The notes beneath the pieces were generated by a model that saw only the letters and a program-made list of their open reading frames with translations, was not told where the DNA came from and did no database searches. Made by a program: the position numbers and the translations under genes. From Dehalococcoidia bacterium (GTDB lineage: Bacteria; Chloroflexota; Dehalococcoidia; UBA2979), in contig OZ244720.1 in NCBI GenBank assembly GCA_965219085.1, positions 416,001 through 480,000 on the forward strand: a stretch of 64,000 nucleotides of DNA. The letters run 5' to 3'. Below, piece after piece: positions 58,638 through 64,000 of this stretch. Numbering within the stretch: position 1 is the stretch's first letter; every line of letters starts with the position of its first letter.

Positions 58638-58913
58638 ATCGCTTGTGCTCAGCCTGCCGGGATCGCTTGTGCTCAGCCTGCCGGGATCGCTTGTGCTCAG
58701 CCTGCCGGGATCGCTTGTGCTCAGCCTGCCGGGATCGCTTGTGCTCAGCCTGCCGGGATCGCTTGTGCTCAGCCTGCCGGGATCGCTTGTGCTCAGCCTG
58801 CCGGGATCGCCCGCGCTCAGCCTGCCGGGATCGCTTGCGCTCAGCCTGCCGGGATCGCTTGCGCTTAGCCTTCCGGGATCGCTTGCGCTTAGCCTTCCGG
58901 GATCGCTTGCGCT
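58638..58913. repeat. 24-bp tandem repeat (VNTR), 11 full units plus a partial unit
   Basis: atcgcttgtgctcagcctgccggg x7 identical, then variant units; no spacers. Confidence 0.95.
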
Positions 58914-59620
58914 GAGGCGGCGGGGAGCCCGACGCGCGGGCAGTGCGCGAGCAGGGGGCAGCCTCCGCACTCGGGGTTGCGGGCGTGGCATGTGCGGCGC
59001 CCGTGCTGGATGAGGTCGACGTGGAACGGGAGCATCTGCTCCGGCTCCAGCATCTCCTCGATCAGTTCTGATTGCTGGTCGGGCGAGGCGCGCTGCGGCG
59101 TCAGCCCGAGTCGCATCGCAACACGCCCGACATGCGTGTCGACGGGCATCGCGGGCCGGCCGAGCGCGAACATGAGCGTCACGGCCGTGCTCTTGTGGCC
59201 TACGCCCGGCAGCGAGCGCAGCCACGCCTTGGCCTCCTCGATCGGCATCGCCTCGAGGAAGTCGATGTCGAAGTCCGGGACGCGGTCGCGCACCTCGGCG
59301 AGGAGCGCCTGCAGGCGCGGCGCCTTCGTCGGCGCGAGGCCCCCCGGCCGGATCGCGTCCTCGACCGCGCTCGTCGGCGCCTCGATCACGGCGTCCCACT
59401 CCGGGAAGCGCTCGATGAGGCGGTGGAACGCCCGCCCGGAGTTGTGGTCCGACGTGTGCTGCGAGAGCAGCGCGAGCACGAGCTCCGAGAGGGCGTCGCC
59501 GTGCGGGCGCTCGGGCGGCCGCCCGTACGCCTCGTCGAGGATCGCGAGCATCCCGGCGATGTCCCAACGGTCGGACGCCTCTTCGGGCGCCGGGGCGGAC
59601 GTGCTACGTGTCGAGGCCAT
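58889..59620 (-). CDS. nth: Endonuclease III / HhH-GPD glycosylase with 4Fe-4S cluster
   Basis: LSQHTSD, LPGVGHKS, PVDTHVGR, HGRRTCHARNPECGGCPLLAHC. Confidence 0.9.
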   Translation of the reverse strand: MASTRSTSAPAPEEASDRWDIAGMLAILDEAYGRPPERPHGDALSELVLALLSQHTSDHNSGRAFHRLIERFPEWDAVIEAPTSAVEDAIRPGGLAPTKAPRLQALLAEVRDRVPDFDIDFLEAMPIEEAKAWLRSLPGVGHKSTAVTLMFALGRPAMPVDTHVGRVAMRLGLTPQRASPDQQSELIEEMLEPEQMLPFHVDLIQHGRRTCHARNPECGGCPLLAHCPRVGLPAASAQAIPEG

Positions 59621-59665
59621 GACCGCATCGTACGATGGGGCGTGCATCGAGCGGAGGGATGGCGC

Positions 59666-60718
59666 GTGACGGCTGAACAGATTCGCCTCACCGAGCTCGC
59701 ATCCTGCGGCGGCTGAGCGGGGAAGCTGGGTCTCGCGACCCTGGCGCAGGTGCTGCGCCCCCTGCACGAGGTCTTCGCTCCCGGGCAGCACCCCGAGCTG
59801 CTCGTCGGCCTGGCGCCGTCCGATGACGCCGCCGTGTACCGGCTGAGCGACGACCTCGCGGTCATCCAGACGCTCGACTTCTTCCCGCCCGTGGTGGATG
59901 ACCCGTACACCTACGGCCAGATCGCCGCGGCGAACGCCATGTCCGACGTCTACGCGATGGGTGGCGAGGTGCGGCTCGCGCTCAACATCGCCGCGTTCCC
60001 GGAGGACCTCGACCCCGAGTTGCTCGCCGAGATCGTGCGCGGCGGCGCCGACAAGGTGGCCGAGGCGGGCGGTGTCGTCGCCGGCGGCCACACCGTGATC
60101 GACCAGGAGCCGAAGTTCGGGCTGTCGGTGATGGGCGTGATCCACCCCGACGCCGTGCTCACCACCGGTGGCGCGCGGCCCGGAGACGCGCTGCTGCTCA
60201 CCAAGCCCCTCGGTACCGGCATCCTCATGAGCGCGGCCGGCGCGCAACACGACGGCGTCGAAGCAGGCTTCGAGGCGGCCGTCGAGTCGATGCGGACGCT
60301 GAACCGCCACCCCGCGCACCTCGCGCGTGCCGCCGGCGTGCACGCGATGACCGACGTGACGGGCTTCGGGCTCGCCGGGCACGCCTCCGAGATGGCGCTG
60401 CAGAGCGGCGCGACGCTCGTGATCGACCTCAACGCGCTGCCGCTGCTGCCCGACGCCGCGCGCTTCGCCGCCGACGGCGTCGTGACCGGCGGCGGCAACC
60501 GCAACGTCGCGCACCTCGGCGACCGCATCCGCATCGAGGGCGAGCCGGAGCAGGCGCTCGTCGACGTGTTCTACGACCCGCAGACCTCGGGCGGCCTGCT
60601 CATCGCGCTGCCCGCGGCTGACGCCGAGGCGCTCCGCGAGGCGATCGCGGACGGGGGCGGCGGATGCTGGCGCATCGGACACGTCGAGGAGGGCCCGCCG
60701 CTCGTGGTGACCCGGTGA
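59666..60718 (+). CDS. selD: Selenophosphate synthetase, selenoprotein (in-frame UGA at 59714-59716)
   Basis: IRLTELASCGG[UGA]AGKL, DDAAVY, QTLDFFPPVVDDP, ANAMSDVYAMGG, GGHT, TDVTGFGL, DPQTSGGLL. Confidence 0.93.
59725..59745 (+). promoter_or_regulatory. Putative bacterial SECIS hairpin
   Basis: GCUGGGUC-UCGC-GACCC(U)GGC stem with a bulged U, starting 9 nt after UGA. Confidence 0.55.
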
Positions 60719-61446
60719 CGCCGCTGGCCCGCGCGGCGCTTGGGGCGCTGGGGCTCGCGCTGGCGCTGCTCGCCGCGTCGTGCAGCGGCGGCGAGGACGC
60801 GCCCGAGGCCACGGCGACCTCGACACCCACGGCCACCCCCACGCCCATCGACCCCGCCGCCCTGATCCGCGAGTCCGCCGGCCGCATGGAGGCCGTCGAG
60901 CGCTTCCACTTCACGCTCGATCACGAGAACGGGGCGAGCGAGATCGTGCGCGGCATCATGATGGTGTACGCCGAAGGCGACATCGGCGGCGCGCAGCACA
61001 TGCGCGCGGCGATCGAGGGTGCGCTCGGAACGCTCAAGTTCGAGACGGGCGTCATCGTGCTGCCCGAGGGAAGCTGGATCCAGAACCCCATCGACCGCAG
61101 CTGGGAGCCCGAGGACATTTCGATCGATGCGTTCTTCGACCCGCAGGAGGGCGTCGCAGCTCTCATGCGGGCGGTGCTCGACCCTGTCCTCGACGGCCGC
61201 GAGCGCGTCGGCGGCGTCGAGGCGTACCGCATCGAGGTGACCGCCGACTCGGGCGACCTCGCGATCTTCCCGACCGCCACGCCGGGCTTCGAGGTGCGCG
61301 CGACGCTGTGGATCGGCGTCGAGGATCTGCTCGTCTACCGCGTCGACGTGCGCGGGGCGATCTCCGAGACCGAGTCGCCCGACATCCTGCGCCGCCTCGA
61401 GTTGAGCCGCTTCGGCGAGGACGTGGACATTGTCCCGCCGCCCTGA
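60715..61446 (+). CDS. LppX/LprAFG-like lipoprotein
   Basis: GTGA overlap with selD; lipobox LAASC; FHFTL, FFDPQEGVAALM, GVEAYRI, TLWIG...LSRFGEDVDI. Confidence 0.78.
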   Translation: MTPLARAALGALGLALALLAASCSGGEDAPEATATSTPTATPTPIDPAALIRESAGRMEAVERFHFTLDHENGASEIVRGIMMVYAEGDIGGAQHMRAAIEGALGTLKFETGVIVLPEGSWIQNPIDRSWEPEDISIDAFFDPQEGVAALMRAVLDPVLDGRERVGGVEAYRIEVTADSGDLAIFPTATPGFEVRATLWIGVEDLLVYRVDVRGAISETESPDILRRLELSRFGEDVDIVPPP

Positions 61447-62926
61447 TCCTGGTCGCGCGGAGGCTGGGGATCTCGACGCGGCCGGGTCGCGCCACAGCGC
61501 ATGGCTGCTGATCGCCGTCGCGGGCGGCGTGTTCATCGCCGCCGACGATCAGACCTCGGTGGTCACGGTGCTGCCTGCGCTGATCCCGGACATCGGGCTG
61601 GCCGTCGACGACTTCTTCCTCGCGTCGTGGGTGATCAACGGGTACCTGCTCGGCTACATCGTGGCGCTGCCGATCGTGGGCCGCATCGCCGACGCGCGCG
61701 GTCACGGGCGCGTCTACGCCGCGTCGCTGGGCGTGTTCATGCTGGGCAGCGCGCTGGTGGCCGCTGCGCCGGACTTCTGGTTCCTGGTCGTCGCGAGGGG
61801 CTTGCAGGCCGTCGGGGGCGGCGCGGTCGTCCCGGTGGCGATGGCGATCGTCGTCGGGCAGATGCCGCCCGGGCGCCGCGCGCTCGGCCTCGGCGCGATC
61901 GCCGCGGCGTCCGAGGGGGGCGCCCTCGTCGGCCCGCTCTGGGGCGGCCTCATCACGGAACTGCTCGGCTGGCGGTGGATGTTCTGGCTCAACATCCCGA
62001 TGTCGCTGCCCGTGCTCGCCGGCGTGTGGTGGCTCGCGCGCAACGAGCGCGCCGAGGGGCGCATCGACTGGCCGGGGGCGGCGATGCTCGCCGCCGCGCT
62101 GGCCGCGCTCACCATCGCCATCGCCGACGACCCGATCGCGCCTCGGCCGTGGGCGATCACCGCGCTGCTGTTCACGGTCACGGCGGCGCTCGCGGTCGCG
62201 TTCGCGCTGCGCCAGCGCGGGCTCGAGGAGCCCATGGTGCGGCTCGCGATGTTCGCGCCGAGGCAGGTGTCGAGCTCGGCGGTGATGAGCGTGCTCGTCG
62301 GCGCGGGGCTCATCACCGCGCTCATCAGCGTGCCGCTCTTCGTCAACCTCGTGCTGGTCGAGCGCCCCATCGACGGCGGCGTGACACTGCTGCGCTTCAC
62401 CGCCGCCGTGCCCGTCGGCGCGCTCGCGGGCGGGTGGGTGACGGGGCGGATCGGTCCGCGTCTGCCGGCCGCTGTGGGCGTGCTGCTCGGGGCGATCTGC
62501 TTCGCCGGGCTCGTCGGGTGGGGCGAGGTGCTCCAGGAGGTCTGGCGCACGACACCGCTCGTCGTCGGGGGCTTCGGGTTCGGGCTGCTCATCGCCCCGC
62601 TCGGCGTGGCGGTGCTGAGCCATGTGCGCGACGAGGAGCGCGCCGTGGCCGCCTCGTGGCTCACGCTCGCGCGGATGGTCGGGATGCTCGTGGGCACGGG
62701 ACTGCTCACCTCGCACGGGCTGGGGCGGTTCTACGCGCGTGCCGGCTCGATCGAGTTCGGCTCGCCCGAGTTCGCCGAGCTGGTCACCGAGGCCCAGGTG
62801 TCGACGTTCCACGAGATATGGGTCGTCGCGGCTGCGGTGTTGGTGCTCACGGCCGCGCTGGCGTGGTGGCTGGGCGGCGATGGAGGGACGGGCGAGGGTG
62901 CGGCGGAGTGGTGGTCGGCGCGATGA
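61430..62926 (+). CDS. 14-TM MFS transporter, Rv1410c/P55-like
   Basis: YLLGYIVALPIVGRIAD, ARGLQAVGGGA, GPLWGG, WRWMFWLNIP, ARMVGMLVG. Confidence 0.88.
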   Translation: MSRRPDPGRAEAGDLDAAGSRHSAWLLIAVAGGVFIAADDQTSVVTVLPALIPDIGLAVDDFFLASWVINGYLLGYIVALPIVGRIADARGHGRVYAASLGVFMLGSALVAAAPDFWFLVVARGLQAVGGGAVVPVAMAIVVGQMPPGRRALGLGAIAAASEGGALVGPLWGGLITELLGWRWMFWLNIPMSLPVLAGVWWLARNERAEGRIDWPGAAMLAAALAALTIAIADDPIAPRPWAITALLFTVTAALAVAFALRQRGLEEPMVRLAMFAPRQVSSSAVMSVLVGAGLITALISVPLFVNLVLVERPIDGGVTLLRFTAAVPVGALAGGWVTGRIGPRLPAAVGVLLGAICFAGLVGWGEVLQEVWRTTPLVVGGFGFGLLIAPLGVAVLSHVRDEERAVAASWLTLARMVGMLVGTGLLTSHGLGRFYARAGSIEFGSPEFAELVTEAQVSTFHEIWVVAAAVLVLTAALAWWLGGDGGTGEGAAEWWSAR

Positions 62927-62972
62927 GGATGATCCGTTGGGCGGGTGGCGCCCGGCGGGGCCCAGGCGCGAA

Positions 62973-62996
62973 CGCGCCCCGGGCAACCGGGGCGCG
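62973..62996. terminator. Hairpin with GCAA tetraloop between convergent genes
   Basis: cgcgccccgg-gcaa-ccggggcgcg. Confidence 0.6.
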
Positions 62997-63020
62997 CTGC
63001 GTTGTGCGTGCGAGGTGGGG

Positions 63021-64000
63021 CTAGCCGCGCGGCAGCGCCAGTCCGCGCGTCGCGATGATGTTGCGCTGGATCTCGTTCGAGCCGCCGAAGATCGTGAACA
63101 CCACGCTGTGCACGTAGAGCTGCGTGAAGCGCGCGTCCAGCGGGGTCAGCTCGTGCGCGCGGTCCCAGATGTTCGAGTAGAGCCCGAACGCCTTCATGCC
63201 GGTGTTCGCCGTGCGCTGTTCCAGTTCCGAGCCGAAGATCTTCGAGGTTGACGCCTCGTAGTTCGGGACCATGCCGCCCGCCTGCATCGAGATGATGCGG
63301 AACGAGAAGTTGAAGAGCACCTCGGACTCGATCCAGCGGTCGGCGATCGCCGACCGCGTGGTGCGCGCCCGGTCCTGCGTCCGCAACTGGCCGTCGTCCG
63401 TACCCATGTAGTCGATGAGCGACCGGAGCCGCCGCCGCGTCTCGACGGCGCCGGCGATGTTGGAGCGCTCGAAGTCGAGCAGGGTCATGCCGACGTACCA
63501 GCCGCGGTTGACCTCGCCGATGACGTTGTTGGCCGGCACGTGTACGTCCTCGAAGAACGTCTCGTTGGTGGCGTGCTCAAAGCCCATCGAGATGATGGGG
63601 CGGACGGAGATACCGTTGTTGGTCTGCGGCATGACCATGAAGGTGATGCCGCGGTGCTTCGGGGCGTCGGGGTCGGTGCGGAACATCCCGAACAGCCAGT
63701 TGGACTTGTGGGCCGAAGAGGTCCACATCTTCTGGCCGTTGATGATGTACTCGTCGCCGTCGCGGATGGCGCGCGTCTGCAGCGAGGCGAGGTCAGAGCC
63801 GGCGCCCGGCTCCGAGAAGCCCTGCGACCACAGCATCTCGCCGCTCAGCGACGGCGCCAGCAGGCGCTCCTTCTGCTCGTCGGTGCCGTGGATCAGGACC
63901 GTCGGCCCGAGGAGCGAGAGGCCGCTCCCGCCGACCATCGGCGCCTCGGCCTCGGCCATCTCCATGTTGAAGATGAACTGCTCCATGGCGGTGAGGCCGG
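63021..64000 (-). CDS. Acyl-CoA dehydrogenase (5' end outside window)
   Basis: QGFSEPGAGSDLASL, INGQKMWTS, NETFFEDV, GGSNEIQRNIIA. Confidence 0.93.
   Translation of the reverse strand, partial: GLTAMEQFIFNMEMAEAEAPMVGGSGLSLLGPTVLIHGTDEQKERLLAPSLSGEMLWSQGFSEPGAGSDLASLQTRAIRDGDEYIINGQKMWTSSAHKSNWLFGMFRTDPDAPKHRGITFMVMPQTNNGISVRPIISMGFEHATNETFFEDVHVPANNVIGEVNRGWYVGMTLLDFERSNIAGAVETRRRLRSLIDYMGTDDGQLRTQDRARTTRSAIADRWIESEVLFNFSFRIISMQAGGMVPNYEASTSKIFGSELEQRTANTGMKAFGLYSNIWDRAHELTPLDARFTQLYVHSVVFTIFGGSNEIQRNIIATRGLALPRG

Noticed and set aside
58638-58913. CRISPR array
   Set aside because: Units are head-to-tail with no spacers, and there are no cas genes in the window.
58556-58915. Metallothionein-like (RLCSACRD)n ORF, or a poly-selenocysteine read-through of nth
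   Set aside because: The CxxC frame is antisense, overlaps argJ and nth, and has no clear RBS. In the nth frame the first two stops are TAA, which blocks Sec read-through.

Overview
High-GC bacterial chromosomal window with no rRNA, tRNA or CRISPR array. Gene content suggests Chloroflexota/Dehalococcoidia, possibly host- or sponge-associated; this is inferred from several family III CoA-transferases, family-5 SBP fragments, a plant-like LRR protein and an F420-type PPOX enzyme. Core content: arg operon (argJ, argB, UPF0182, argD, VOC, argG, argH) with rpe; rpmB; fakA/degV/recG; yggS-proC-yggT and DUF167; amtB-glnK; nth; a selenocysteine-containing selD; an ABC-2 exporter; and lipid/CoA catabolic enzymes. 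Accessory content: an IS481 element truncating an LRR gene, and four two-gene toxin-antitoxin/defence islets (XRE-ImmA + DUF4411, split CapRel-like RelA/SpoT + antitoxin, ABC-ATPase + PIN, VapBC). The best candidate for an undescribed system is 22.4-25.6 kb. It holds three tandem secreted proteins that share an unnamed ~55-aa N-terminal domain but carry unrelated C-terminal cargoes. Each gene is preceded by the same CCGTAC-N13-YATGAT motif, and two of them are bracketed by a duplicated 3' end of a CoA-transferase gene. Also notable: an 11-bp-periodic GlnR-box-like array upstream of amtB next to a receiver-less winged-helix gene, tandem 5'-truncated SBP gene ends that stop at their terminator, a 24-bp VNTR made of the last codons plus stop of nth, and an LprG/Rv1410c-like pair coupled to selD. 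All calls come from reading motifs by eye; no database searches were run.
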